A stretch of 64,000 nt of DNA from Octopus bimaculoides (lineage: Eukaryota): assembly GCF_001194135.2 (NCBI RefSeq), contig NC_069007.1, forward strand, positions 3,540,299 to 3,604,298. Direction: 5' to 3'. The translations under genes and the position numbers were made by a program. Each line of letters begins with the position of its first letter. The stretch's first letter is position 1. Under the pieces are notes generated by a model that was not told the DNA's origin, searched no databases, and saw nothing but the letters and a program-made list of their open reading frames with translations. Below are positions 24,566 through 38,700 of the stretch, one piece after another.

Positions 24566-27500
24566 GAGAATATACAAATAATAACAACAGACGAGGACAG
24601 GTGGTGTAAATAACAAAAGTATATATTAGTATGACGCTCGGGAATACGGAAAGTCTTTGACGTTTCGAGCTACGCATATATATACATTCATACACACACA
24701 CACATATATATATACACATACACACTTTGGTGGAGGTAAAGAATACGCACACTACCCGTTTTCGGCGTAAACGGGTGGTGTACGTATTCTTTACCTTTGG
24801 GTTTTTTTCTCGTTTGACAGTTGTGAACACTGTATAATTCACATATTCTGTAGGCTGGTAGTTCCGAGTTCTAATCCTCAGGTAGACCAAGCGTTAAAAA
24901 AAAACACTGTGGTTCGGATAGATATACATTTCGATTCCCAAACTTTCAAATAAATATTCCTTCTGTTTACATTTAGAAATGAGTTCCTTATATATATGTG
25001 TCTATTTTCAACATTCGGTTTTTAATAAGCTGATAATTGGTAGTGTTAGGAAATGAAAACGGTAATCCTATAATAATAATAATAATATTAATCCCCCCCC
25101 TTTTTTTTTAACATTTACTTATTCGTTTCTGTAATACAAGATAAGTTGTTTTTATATACTATATTTAATGGTGTAGTGGTTAAATGTGTATCTTGGTAAA
25201 CAGATGCAAAAGGAATGTGTATGCCTTTGAAGTAAACAAATGAGTGAATCGATTCATAATTAAAAATAATTTATTCACTTGACTTAATTTGTCGTTGGTA
25301 CACATAATTCTTCACTACATGCAAAATGTTGACAACCGCTACGAAGTTGCTAGAAATAGAAACGGTACATCTGTAGAAGTGATATGTCAGAAATTGAATA
25401 TATGTTTGCGTGTACGTAGTTCAACTGAGGCAGTTGTCTACCGTGGAACTTCGAACATTGCTCTGGTCTCTGAGAAAAGCTGTGGTGGCGTAGACGTTCC
25501 TCGTTTGGCTGCTAGGGCCTTCTCCCTCCTTTTGTCTTGTTAACCACTGAATTTATAAGAATCGTGGCAGCTAGAAGGACAGACATACTGCAGCAGAGTT
25601 TGTACCTAAATAGGTCAGCTCCTGTTCATTTGAACTTTGCCTGACATGGCTTTAGGTCGAAGGTCAAAGAAAACCTGTTTTTGCGCCTGTTGATTGTGGT
25701 GGTTTGGACGACTGAGAATTCTTAGATTCGGTTTCGAATCTTGGCTTCGAGAAGGGAGTGTTAATTTTTACAATGGCATATAAGACACATTTTCCTCCCA
25801 TAGAAGTGTATTAAGGGGAAATAACTGGTATTATTTACAGCAGCTGAGTGGTGCCATAGTTAGAAGATAAATGGAGGGACGGGGTGGTTTTAAAAGAAGA
25901 GTTGTGAGGAATGGTTTCACAGAACCTTGTTTTTTTTTGCTGAGATGGATGGGTCTTCTCAAGCACAGCATATTACCATTCCATCTCGATCCCTTCTCAG
26001 AGACTCAACATTTTAAGATCTGTTTTCACTACTTCATCCCATAATGTTTTTATTGTTTGTTTTTTCTTTCAGTTGTTCTATTCTTTCTTCAAATCTTTAG
26101 TTGGTAAAGATGTTGTTGTGGAACTAAAGAATGATCTCAGGTAACGATTATTTTTCCATGTATTTTCTTTTGGTTTTTGTTTGATGGATTCTTTTATATT
26201 TGACTATAGCCATGTTGGGCCATTCCCTTGAACGGTTTTAGTCAATCAAATTGAATATATATTTAAATCTTACACATGAAGTGGGTGCTGAAAAATTCCT
26301 GGCTTTAAGGGTATCATGAAAGGCCTGGTTGGAGGCCCAACCTTCCGAGTTCATTTACAAGGCTTAGAAAAACTGCAATATGTGAATCCTCACCATCATT
26401 GTTTGATGTCTGTCTTCCATGCATGGGGTAGGACAGTTGACAGGAGCTGGCCAAGTAGAAAAACTACCCTAAGCTACTGAGTTTGTTTTGGCAGGGATTC
26501 TACGGCTGGATGCCCTTCCTAACACCAACCACTCTGCACAGTGGACTCTGTGCTTTTTGCGTGGCACTAGCACAGGTGAAGTGAGTTTTGGCATGGTTTT
26601 TTTACAGCTGGATGCCCTTCCAAATGGCAACCACTTTACAGTGTGGATTGGATGCTTCTTATGTGGCACCAGCACTGGCAGGGTCACCAAGTAACTCACA
26701 GGACAAGGAATTACGAGAGGGAGAGGATGTTTGAGGGGAAACTTGTGACAGAGACAGAAGCAGGTGTCTTGCCATAACAGAGGGAGCATCAGAGGAGGTG
26801 ATCCAGTATCAGATAATGAAAGGTTTAGTGTAACAGAGAAGTAGGTGTCTTGCTATAAGAGTGGGTACATGAAAAGGCCAGAAGAAAGAGATACTTGGTT
26901 ACTTAGAGGGAAAACAAGAAGAGAGAGAGTGACTGAAGGGAAATAGTGTAGGAGACTGCAAAAGAGTAAAGAAGGGCAGAAGGGACCACTAATTAATTTA
27001 ATGAAAATTTATTACCAACAATGCTGTTATTTACAAGATGTAGTTTAAAACTTTAATGACAAATTTGAGGGTGAAACAAAGTATAAATGATTGCACTTCA
27101 AATATTTTTGTGATAATTGTAATTTATACATCGTAAATGTCTTTACAGTATTTGCGGCACTTTGCATTCAGTGGACCAGTTTTTAAACATAAAACTAACC
27201 GACATCAGTGTTACAGATCCTGAAAAATATCCACATATGGTATGTTGTATTTTATATTCTTTTCTACTCTAGGCATAAGGCCCGAAATTTTTTTTTGGGG
27301 GGCGGGGGTAGAGGGCCAATCGATTAGACTAACTCCAGTACGCAACTGGTACTTAAATTATTGACCCCAAAAGGATGAAAGGCAAAGTCGACCTCGGCAG
27401 AATTTGAACTCAGAACGTAAAGACAGATGAAATACCTCTAAGCATTATCTCGTAGCTTTGAGGTTTTGATGATGTGGTCGTTTGTTTTTAGAATGACATT

Positions 27501-28378
27501 GTGGGATAGGTGTGAGAGGCCAGATCTGGCCAGTTTGAACATAAACATATATCGTAGTAGAGCTGGATATGGCCATTTTAAATACCAAAAGGGTCAAACT
27601 GTAATTACCCATCCACCCATGCCAGCATAGAAAGTGGACACATTCCAATGATCCGTTTAGCTATCCTTCCCCATGATTCCTTTATCTCCTGTGATCTATC
27701 TAACTAATTCCTCATTCTTTTTTCAACATAATGTCAATTTTAATCTTTTACTTAGAAATATAGTAACGAAAGGGTTGGTTAATAATAGTAATAAAACACA
27801 TCCCTTAAGAGTTTCAATTAAATTCTAAAATCATCACAGATTTAGACTGGTTTCATTAAACAACTGTAATTATTTTATTTATCAACATATTGTGATTTTT
27901 GGAACACAATTGAAGAAAAGGTTCTTAATCAATTCTATTGCAGAAATTATCCTGTCATCCTTCGGGGTCCGGGTCGAGGTAATTGACTAATTCCTCTCCT
28001 TAACATTGCTGGCTTATTACTACTTCTCTTTCTAATATAGGCACAAGGACCTATTACATTGGACCCTGAAAGGATGAAAGATTGAGTTGACCCCTATGGA
28101 ATTCTTTACTTTGATCATTTGGGAGGGGGGGGGGTCAGTGAAATAAGTGCCAGTCAAGCCCTGGAGTCAACCCTCCCCATAAAATTTCAAGCCTTGAGCC
28201 TATATTAGAAAGGATTATTATCCTCATTGTTGCCTTTCTTCGATTTCAGCTCTCTGTAAAGAATTGCTTTATCCGTGGCTCCGTTGTGCGTTATGTCCAG
28301 TTGCCAGCAGATGAATGTGATACCCAACTGTTACAAGACGCAGCACGCAAAGAAGCTGCTCAGAACAAGCAGAGGTAA
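23500..28378 (+). CDS. LSM2: U6 snRNA-associated Sm-like protein LSm2, 96 aa. Exons 23500-23502 (ATG only), 26073-26140, 27149-27239, 28250-28378.
   Basis: Spliced translation MLFYSFFKSLVGKDVVVELKNDLSICGTLHSVDQFLNIKLTDISVTDPEKYPHMLSVKNCFIRGSVVRYVQLPADECDTQLLQDAARKEAAQNKQR* is essentially the LSm2 sequence. Canonical splice sites; total 291 nt. Confidence 0.97.
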
Positions 28379-29372
28379 TAACAACAACCAACAATGTTAT
28401 AATTTAATCAGACTGTTGTTTCTTTCTCTCTCTCTTTTCCTTTTCCTCTCAATTCCATGCATTTGTGTACATAGCCTTCCATCAAACACAACACATGATG
28501 ATGATGATGATGATCATATATAGCTAATAAAAAAAGAGAAGTTACATGTTTTTCTCCTATCTCTGATTTGTGTTGTTTCTGGTTGAACCAACATGAAAGC
28601 GGGAGAATGGCCAGGGTACCATTCACCTACATTCAGATTTGAAACTGCATCATGTGAAACTGATGGTAGAAAAGGAGGGGGGAGGAAAAGGTTAGACCAA
28701 TGGTTTTCAACCTTGTGACACGTTGGGGGAGCCAATTAAGAATTACTGGCACATTTCGCATGGCAAGTTTAACCCTTCTGATACCAACCTGCCTGAGATA
28801 ATTTCTGATTTTGTGTTAAGAATTTCCTGTTTTAAAGTAAAATCTAAATCAAAATCTTCCATGAAGATTTTCTGTCCCAAACATTAGCTTAACCATTCCA
28901 ACATCAAACCCACCTGAGACTCTTTCTGGTTTTATGACACAAACTTACTGTCTTGAAGTGATCTAAAAACCTTCCATCAAAATTTCATGTTAATTTATTC
29001 TCCGAACCACAACTTAATGAAGAATTCAGTTCAATAACTTTATCATTATTTTCAAATTAAGACAAAAACGGTATATTTTGACAGAAATATGGTAAGAAAA
29101 GGATTAAAGTTATTTAAATAGATTCTTTGTTTTTCCTAAATTAATTGAAATATATTTCAGCAGAAATATGGTAACAAAAGGGTTAAAGTGATTTATCTTT
29201 AAACCATCCATCAAAGTCTCATGTTAATCTATGCTCCAAACAGCACCTTAATGACAAAGTTATTTGACTAAATTCATTATTTTCAAAATTATTGAAATAA
29301 AGGCAGTATAAGACAAATGTGGTAAGAAAAGTTATATATTCTTATTACAAAATAATATAGATTTTATTCTCC

Positions 29373-32180
29373 TCAATTTGCTGCCATGTCAGTCTCTGCT
29401 CCATCTTGGTTTGATGGTATCATCTGTTTTATTAAATATGGAATAAACTGGGACTTCTCCTTCAAACATTTCCTCCTTTTGTAGTGGCGTTCTGAAAATG
29501 GAAAGAAATCAAGGGAATTAATTGGATAGTTTGGGATAAAAAGGGTTTTTTAGCTGCGCCTGAGGTTGAAGAATTTATAATAATGATAATGGGTTTAAAT
29601 TTTGACACAAGGCCAGTAATTTCAGGTTGGGGAAGGAGTCTGTTACATCAACCCCCAGTGCTTAACTGGTACTTATTGGCCCAGAAAGAATGAAGGACAA
29701 TCTCAGCAGAAATTGAACTCAGAACATAAAGATAGACAAAATGATTTTGGCCAAGGATTTTGCCAGTTTGTTGCCTTGTTTATTAACAATAATGGTTTTA
29801 AATTTTGGCACGGTCAGAATTTTTTGAGGGGAGGGGGAAGTTGATTANNNNNNNNNNNNNNNNNNNNNNNNNNNNNNNNNNNNNNNNNNNNAAAAAAAAG
29901 AATATGAAAAGCTAAGTTGATCTTGGCAGAATTTGAACTGAGGAAATACAGAGAAGAATGCTGCTAAGCATTTTGTCTGACATGCTAACAATTCTGCCAG
30001 CCCCACAGCCTTAATAACTTTCTACTATAGGCACAAGGCCTGAAGTTTCTGGAGAGAAGACTAGTTGGTTATATCAACCCTGGTACCCATCTGGTACTTA
30101 TTGATTGTGAAAGGATGAAAGGCAAAATTGACTGCAGTGGAATTTGAACTTAGAAGAAATGCTGCTAGGCTTTTTGTTCAAAAGATAATTCTGCCTAAAT
30201 TTGTAATAAAAATTATTTCTCAAAATATATTTTAAGAAAGCATTTACAAGAGTGCATAACAAATTAGGTTTCGTGGTAAATAACCTAATAATTTAAAAGA
30301 CAGTTGTACAAAGTGTGTGTATGTGTATAGTTCAAATTTATAGAAAGACAAAGACAGGTGTAGGAACAACAAGCAAGTATATTAGTTGGGTGTTTGGGGG
30401 AAAATGGAAAAGTCTTTTATGTTTCGAGCCCATGCTCTTCAACAGAAAGGAATAAAAGGAAATAAACAGAGACAGAATGAAAAAAACCTGTTGAGTTCAG
30501 TGGTTCATATATATATATATATATATGAGTGTGTGGAGACGCAATGGCCCAGTGGTTAGGGCAGTGGACTCGCGGTCATAGGATCGTGCTTTGGATTCCC
30601 AGACCGGGCGTTGTGAGTGTTTATNNNNNNNNNNTGGACTCGCGGTCATAGGATCGTGCTTTGGATTCCCAGACCGGGCGTTGTGAGTGTTTATTAAGCG
30701 AAAACACCTAAAGCTCCACGAGGCTCCAGTAAGATGTGGTGGCGAACCCTGCTGTACTCTTCCACCACAACTTTCTCTCACTCTTTCTTCCTGTTTCTGT
30801 TGTGTTTGTAATTCAAAGGGTCAGCCTTCTCACACACTGCGTCACGCTGAATATCCCCGAGAACTACGTTAAGGGTACACGTGTCTGTGGAGTGCTCAGC
30901 CACTTGCAAGATAATTTCATGAGCAGGCTGTTCCGTTGATCGGATCAACTGGAACCCTCAACGTCTTAAGCGACGGAGTGCCAACAACAATGACGAAACT
31001 AACCAGATCCATCCTCTCGCAACTACCTTATAATGAAAAGGTATATATTGAAATCTCAAAGCTATGAGATAATACAGGATTAATTCAGAACGATGCGAAT
31101 AAATAAGGATTACATTTGACACAGTAACCCGAGACATAATAATAGTAATACAAACCTGTATATGCTTGGAGATCTCTGTATTGCTGTTGGTTCATCAAAT
31201 AATCAGTGGGAAGGCAGTTATCAAGGATTTTCTGGAGAAGGATCTGTCCTAACTCGCTGTAGATGGAGTGTGTGTTCCATTTTATCATATAGTTGATCAA
31301 TGTTCCTGTTAGATTGGAGCGAAAAAAAAAAAAGGGACAAAGGATTTGTATAAATTATTAAAGAAACTAAGATTTTAAGGTTAATAACTATTTTTAATTG
31401 TTATTTGTCATTAGAAAGGGCATCCAGCCATTGAAGTCAGTGGAGCTTAGCCCAAATCTTTGGCTTGCCAGCTGTGGCAAACCGTCCAACCCATGCCAGC
31501 TTGGAAAGCAGATATCATTTCCTCACCGAGGCCCAGCGTCTGAAGAGAAGTCTCATCATATTTGTATATACACATGTATATATATTTATATATACACATA
31601 TATTTATATGTGTGTGTTTCTGTTTGCCCCCTTCAACCACTTGACAACTGGTATTAGCTTGTTAACTTAGTGGTTCAGTAAATAGAGGCCGATAGAATAA
31701 ATACCAGATTTACAAAAATGGGATCGATTTGTTTGACTAAACCCTTCAGCGTGGTGCTCCAGCATGACCACAGTTCAACGACCGAAACCAGTAAAAGATA
31801 AAAGATGCCAGATACCCGACTCCAACAGCTGCCATTCACAACACCCTCACCAATATCTGCTGCAACAAGAACCATGCCATGGAAAGCAGTTTTCAAATAG
31901 AAATTTCTTTAATATAAGACTTACTTTTCTGATTGTCAGACAATTCCACAAGGATGTCCACTATCTTTGAAGTTTTTCCCGTTTCATAAATTTCTGTAAA
32001 GATATCAAATTTATGCATTACATATGCAATGGATTAGCAGTTCGAAACTTCGAAGTCCCTGTCATCAACATTCATGCATAAGAATAATAAATTTGTACTT
32101 TACCACAGCATAGAGTAACCCATCAGATTAATGTAAAATTGTTTTTATTATGACTGAACATAAAAAAAACAAACATTAAG

Positions 32181-32219
<39 letters not shown>

Positions 32220-32686
32220 NNNNNNNNNNNNNNNNNNNNNNNNNNNNNNNNNNNNNNNNNNNNNNNNNNNNNNNNNNNNNNNNNNNNNNNNNNNNNNNNN
32301 NNNNNNNNNNNNNNNNNNNNNNNNNNNNNNNNNNNNNNNNNNNNNNNNNNNNNNNNNNNNNNNNNNNNNNNNNNNNNNNNNNNNNNNNNNNNNNNNNNNN
32401 NNNNNNNNNNNNNNNNNNNNNATTGCTACTATTCCAGAAGGAATAAAATGATGTAAAACAATGCAATCTTTTCATCATGAGAAAAAGAGAGAAACGAAAT
32501 GCTTCAATAAGACATTTTAACTGAATGTGATTATTGCATATATGATGATGGGAACGCTGGAAAGTTATTTTTAAAAAAAAACAAAACGTTAATAGATATA
32601 ATGTCAAAAGTAATTTATAGAAAGAGAAAGAGGAAGAAGAAAGAAATTAGCAGAAAATTAAAAGTGGAGAAATATAGTGAGAAGGA

Positions 32687-32719
<33 letters not shown>

Positions 32720-35700
32720 TGAGTGAACGGACAAACGAAAGAAGGGCACTCAACAAATTTATTGGGACTCAAGAGTATCGACGAATTTGAATCAATTGTT
32801 TTGATCCAGACATAAATATATATATCGTTACCAGCGTAGCCTCATTGGCACGTGAAAAAAAGCATTCAAGCGAGGTCGTTGCCAGTGCTGCTGGATTGGC
32901 TCCCGTACAGGTGGCACGTAAAAAACACCATTTGAGAGTGGCCGTTGCCAGTACCGCCTCACTGGTCCTCGTGCCAGTGGCACGTAAAAGCACTCTCAGA
33001 GTGGTTGGTGTTAGGAAGGGCATCCAGCTGTAGAAACTCTGCCAGATCAAATTGGAGCTTGGTGTAGCCATCTGGTTCACCAGTCCTCAGTCAAATCGTC
33101 CAACCCATGCCAGCATGGAAAGCAGACGTAAAACGATGATGATGATGTAGCTGTGTAGTAAGAAGTTTGCTTCTCAACTACAATGAGGCCCATTCATGCC
33201 TACAGAACATGATTACTGCTCTAGTTTACTCAACGCTTGTTTGTCATTGACGATGAGAGAATCTATCATATCGTATATAGCTACAACTGATGAATGCAGA
33301 GAGAATATAAGAGACGAGGGAGAAGAGACGAAGCATTCGAGATGAGATACCTGTCAGTATATTGTAGATGGTGTGAGGTTTATCCAAGTCAAGAGCAATT
33401 CTGAGAGCGTTTCGGTTGTTTCCTGCTTTGCACTCATTGGACAGCATCTGCTCCCTACAAGGAAGAAAGGACAGAAAATACATATATATATATCAGGTGA
33501 CATAACTTGAGTCAAGTCAGTACATAGAGAGAGAGAGACTACATAGAGATAGAGAAAACTTACTTAAAGAGTAGCTCATCTCTTTCAGAATCATCTTCTT
33601 TCTTCTTTTCTTCTGAGATGTCCTACGAAAAGAAACAGTGATACAGCATCAGTTCAGAGATATGCTGAGATAGAATGCTAGAACAATAGAATCAGCAGGA
33701 TTACAATTTAGCCGGGAGATGGATGCAATGACCAAGACCATTGGCATTATGTCATGCTTGAGAAGACTCACCAAGCTGAGCAAAATCACAGTTGTGGCAG
33801 ATACGGGTGTCACACAAATTGGCACCTGTGCCAGTGGCATACAAATGGTACCGGCGCTGGTGGCACGTAAAAACACCCATTACACTCTCAGAGTGGTCGT
33901 CATTAGGAAGGGCAACTAGCTGTAGAAAGCCATGCCAAATCAGACTGGAGTCTGGTGCAGCCTTCCAGCATGCTAGTATGGACAACGGATGTTAAATGAT
34001 GATGATCACACACACACACACACAAGGGGGTACTGATAAGTTCCTGGTTTTAAGGGTATCGCAAAAGGCCTGGCTGGAGGTCCAATCTTCCGAGGTCCTT
34101 CACAGAGCTAAGAAAAAATGAAGGACCGCTGCAATAAGTGTGTGAATCTGAGAGGGGAATACGTTGAATAAAACCATAATTAACTGATCCTCCTCTATTT
34201 TCTTTTACCCAAAGACAGGAACTTTTCTGCCTCACTCCCTTGTATCTAGTTTACTGTTCCTTTAAAGTAAAATCAACTAAAAAAAATTTCCAGAAAAATT
34301 TAATTAATAAATGTAAAATGCTTGTGGCTCGTTACCTGCCAAAATCTAATTAGTGAATCAGATCCACNNNNNNNNNNNNNNNNNNNNNNNNNNNNNNNNN
34401 NNNNNNNNNNNNNNNNNNNNNNNNNNNNNNNNNNNNNNNNNNNNNNNNNNNNNNNNNNNNNNNNNNNNNNNNNNNNNNNNNNNNNNNNNNNNNNNNNNNN
34501 NNNNNNNNNNNNNNNNNNNNNNNNNNNNNNNNNNNNNNNNNNNNNNNNNNNNNNNNNNNNNNNNNNNNNNNNNNNNNNNNNNNNNNNNNNNNNNNNNNNN
34601 NNNNNNNNNNNNNNNNNNNNNNNNNNNNNNNNNNNNNNNNNNNNNNNNNNNNNNNNNNNNNNNNNNNNNNNNNNNNNNNNNNNNNNNNNNNNNNNNNNNN
34701 NNNNNNNNNNNNNNNNNNNNNNNNNNNNNNNNNNNNNNNNNNNNNNNNNNGTCATAGGATCGCGCTTTCGATTCCCAGACCGGGCGTTGTGAGTGTTTAT
34801 TGAGCGAAAACACCTGAAGTTCCACGAGGCTCTGGCAGGAGATGGTGGCGAACCCTGCTGTACTCTTCCACCACAACTTTCTCTCACTCTTACTTCCTGT
34901 TTCTGTTGTGCCTGTAATTCAAAAGGGTCAGCCTTGTCACGCTGAATATCCCCGAGAACTACGTTAAGGGTACACGTGTCTGTGGAGTGCTCAGCCACTT
35001 GCACGTTAATTTCACGAGCAGGCTGTTCCGTTGAACGGATCAACTGGAACCCTCGACGTCGTAAGCGACGGAGTGACAACAAAAAAGTAGCTAGTTGGAA
35101 AAAAGAAAAAGGTTATATACATAAGGTACATGGCCTAGTGGTGAAGGTGTTTCACTGATGATTGCAAGATTGTGGTTTCAATTCCCAGACCAGTAGTGTG
35201 TTGTGCTTTTGAGCAAAACACTTCATTTTATGTTGCTTCAGTTTACTCAGCTGTAAACGGGTTGCTTTACAATGGTCTGGGGTTCTGTCCAGGGGGAATG
35301 TTGGCCTGCATGCCTAGCCAGCAGGGGGGCACCATCTGAAAGCTATAACAATGCAAGGAAGCGCATTGTGACCAGCGATGTATAACAATATCCAATAATC
35401 CAGCGATTACACAGAGGTTATAATCATATATGGTTGCAACAGTTCAAATAAAATAATTAAAAGCTGTTGTCACAAATTAGACCCCAATTTAAAGGAGACC
35501 ATGGGCACATGTATAAAACTAGGAGTTCGTTGGTTACAATGACAAGTGTTCTAGTTGATCCGATCAACGGAACAGCCTGCTTGTGAAATTAACATCCAAG
35601 TGGCTGAGTACTCCTCAGACATGCGTACCCTAAGTGTAGTTCTCCGGGAGATTCAGCACGACATACGGAATGTGACAGGGCTGGCCCTTTGAATCGCAGG

Positions 35701-38700
35701 TGCAATTCCACGAGGAATCAGACACGACTTTATAAGTGTGAACTGAATAGTCAAACCACTGAGGACACACGGACACACAGAGTTCTATGAACAGGAGACG
35801 AAGAAAGGAAAGAATAGTAGATGTATTTAGACTCACCCGGTGATAACGTGGCGTCCGTTGTTCAAAAACAGAACCTTCATAACAGGCATCTCATGGTTAA
35901 GTACCTGAAAATAGCATAGAATCTCAGAGAATGTGGTGTGTGTGTTTAGTCGTGGGCAAAAAGTCACGCACCAAAACATTATAGTATTATTATTATCTAA
36001 GGCAGTGAGCTGGCAGAATTGTTAGCACACTGGACGAAATGTTTAGTGGTATTTTGCTTGTTATGTTCTGAGTTCAAATTCTGCCGAGGCCAACTTCACC
36101 TTTCATCCTCTTGGGGTCGATAAATTAAGTACTAGTGAAACATTGGAGTTGATGTAATCAACTAGTCCCCTCCCCTCAAATTTCAGGGCTTGTGCCTTTA
36201 ATAGAAAGGATTATTATTATTATTATTATCACAATTTAAGGCAGCAAGCTGGCAGAATTGTTAGCACGCTGGACGTAATGCTTATTTTTGTCTGTTGCTA
36301 CATTCTGAGTTCAAATCCTGTTGAGGTCGACTTTGCCTTTCATCATTTTTGGGGTTGATAAATTAAGTAGCAGAGAAAGGCTGGAGTTGATGTAAGTCAA
36401 CTAGTCCCCTCTCCTCAGGCTTTGTGCCTTTAGTGGAAAGGATTATCGCTGTTATAATTCACTTTGTTCCTCATGTACAAATATGTCTGTATTCACGTGG
36501 TGTCGTACATTGTGGAACAACATGGCAGTGATGGAAGTTGGCCAGAGTGGTGCTATGAGGAAAGCAATTAGGATGTTTGAAGAAGGCTCGTTATCCGTTA
36601 TGCTGACGGCACTAGCAGACGAGAGAGAGATACTTGCTGGAGAAGCACCACAGAACCACCACCTCCACCTCCAGTTGTCCTGTCATGGTTCAGGGGATTA
36701 GAATTGCACTGTATTATTGCAAGAGGCGAGGCACAATGGCCCAGTGGTTAGGGCAGCGGACTCGCGGTTTCGATTCCCAGACCAGGCTTTGTGAGTGTTT
36801 ATTGAGCGAAAACACCTAAAAGCTCCACGAGGCTCCGGCAGGGGATGGTGGTGAACCCTGCTGTACTCTTCCACCACAACTTTCTCTCACTCTTACTTCC
36901 TGTTTCTGTTGTGCCTGTAATTCAAAGGGTTAGCCTTGTCACACTGTGTCACGCTGAATATCCCTGAGAACTACGTTAAGGGTACACGTGTCTGTGGAGT
37001 GCTCAGCCACTTGCATGTTAATTTCACAAACAGGCTGTACCATTGATCGGATCAACTGGAACCCTCGACGTCGTAAGCAACTGAGTGCCAACAACATATT
37101 GCAAGAGCCAATGTCTAATCAGCCAGCACATGGAGAAACCTTTGGGGCTACCTGTCTCCTGTTAAGTACCCAACGAACATGTGGCTTGTTGGTACCTGTA
37201 ACCACGTTTCTATGGTCAGCCAGTCACCATGCAGCAAGTTGTAACATAGAACCAAGACAGTGTTTAGCATAACAAATCAAACCTGGTTATTTACAACGAA
37301 GAAGATACTTACCATTGCTGTGGAGAAGTCTGAAATCTTCCAAACTCTGACCGTTCTATCGTGGGAAGCGGTGGAAACACACTGCAAAGACAAAGGCAAA
37401 GAATTAAACTCTATTTCCCCACCCCATTGCTAACACCTTATTAATGTCTGCTTTTCCATGCTTGCATTGGGTGGATGGAATTTGTTGAAGAATAAATAAA
37501 AAAAGTAAAATTAACAGAAGGTGAAGTAAAAAAATAAATATCCACAGGTGCAGGAGTGGCTATGTGGTAAGTAGCTTGCTTAACCAACCACATGGTTCCG
37601 GGTTCAGTCCCACTGCATGCCACCTTGCACAAGTGTCTTCTACTATAGCCTCAGGCTGATCAAAATCTTGTGAGTGGATTTGGTAGATGGAAACTGAAAG
37701 AAGCCTGTCATATATATATATATGTGTGTGTGTCTGTTTGTCACCCCCACCATCGCTTGACAACCAATGTTGGTGTGATTTTGTCCCGGTAAGACACTAA
37801 TAGAATAAGTCCTGGAGTCGATCTGTCCAACTAAAGGTCGTGCTCCAGCATGGCCACAGTCAAATGACTGAAACAAATAAAAGAATATTTGCATATATGT
37901 ATCAATACCTGGACTGAACCTGGAACCATGTGGTTCAGAAACAAGCTTCTTACCACACAGCCACACCTGTGCATATCTATAATTAATCTATTCATCTAAT
38001 TATGGATATTAAAAGTCCTTACCTTGTCTACAGGAGAGAATGCCACTGACGTTAAGCGCGATTTGTGTCCCTTGAAAGTACCAAGGACTTCAAATGATGA
38101 CACGTCCCAGAGCTGCAAAAATAAAATGGAAAAACACATCATAAAATCCCCAGATATATAAAGAACAAGTAACCAGATACAGTCTTATATTTAAGAGATG
38201 AGGAATTATGTACATTATTTACATTTGACGGATATTTGTCCTCATCTTGTTTGTTGATAACATAACGTTTCAGCTGATATACCCTCCAGCCTTCATCAGG
38301 TGTCTTGGGGAAATTTCAAACGTGGGTTCTCATTCCTGAAGTATTTTTCAATGTCATTATTATTATTATTATTATTATTCAGGTCACTGCCTGGAATCGA
38401 AAGGAAGTCTTGAGATTTGTAGCCCGTGCTCTTAACCACTACGCCATGGGCAATTAGTTTATTTTTAGAATGACATTGCAGGGTCGGTATGAGATGCCTG
38501 ATTGGGCCAGTTTGAACATAAAACAAGTAGAATGCATTGAGTGCTTATGGTCAGTTTAAATGCTAAAGGACTAAAACAGTAAAATTTTATCATAGAAACA
38601 GGGACCGACTCAGACGAATTGGTATCAAAACGGTTAATAATGACAAAGTTATTTAATTCATTAAATGAGTTCAAATGAAGAAGACATATTTCAATAGAAA

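Noticed and set aside
25289-25760. GC-richer segment and 84-aa ORF in LSM2 intron 1
   Set aside because: No splice-consistent frame or recognisable motif. It is probably a decayed retroelement.
30560-30690. Direct duplication of about 59 bp inside a SINE
   Set aside because: The two copies flank a 10-N gap exactly, so this is an unmerged contig overlap rather than biology.
35630-35836. Candidate TBL3 exon 17 after a TTCATAG acceptor
   Set aside because: The in-phase frame hits a stop and has no WD40 similarity. The true exon end is at 34336-34367.
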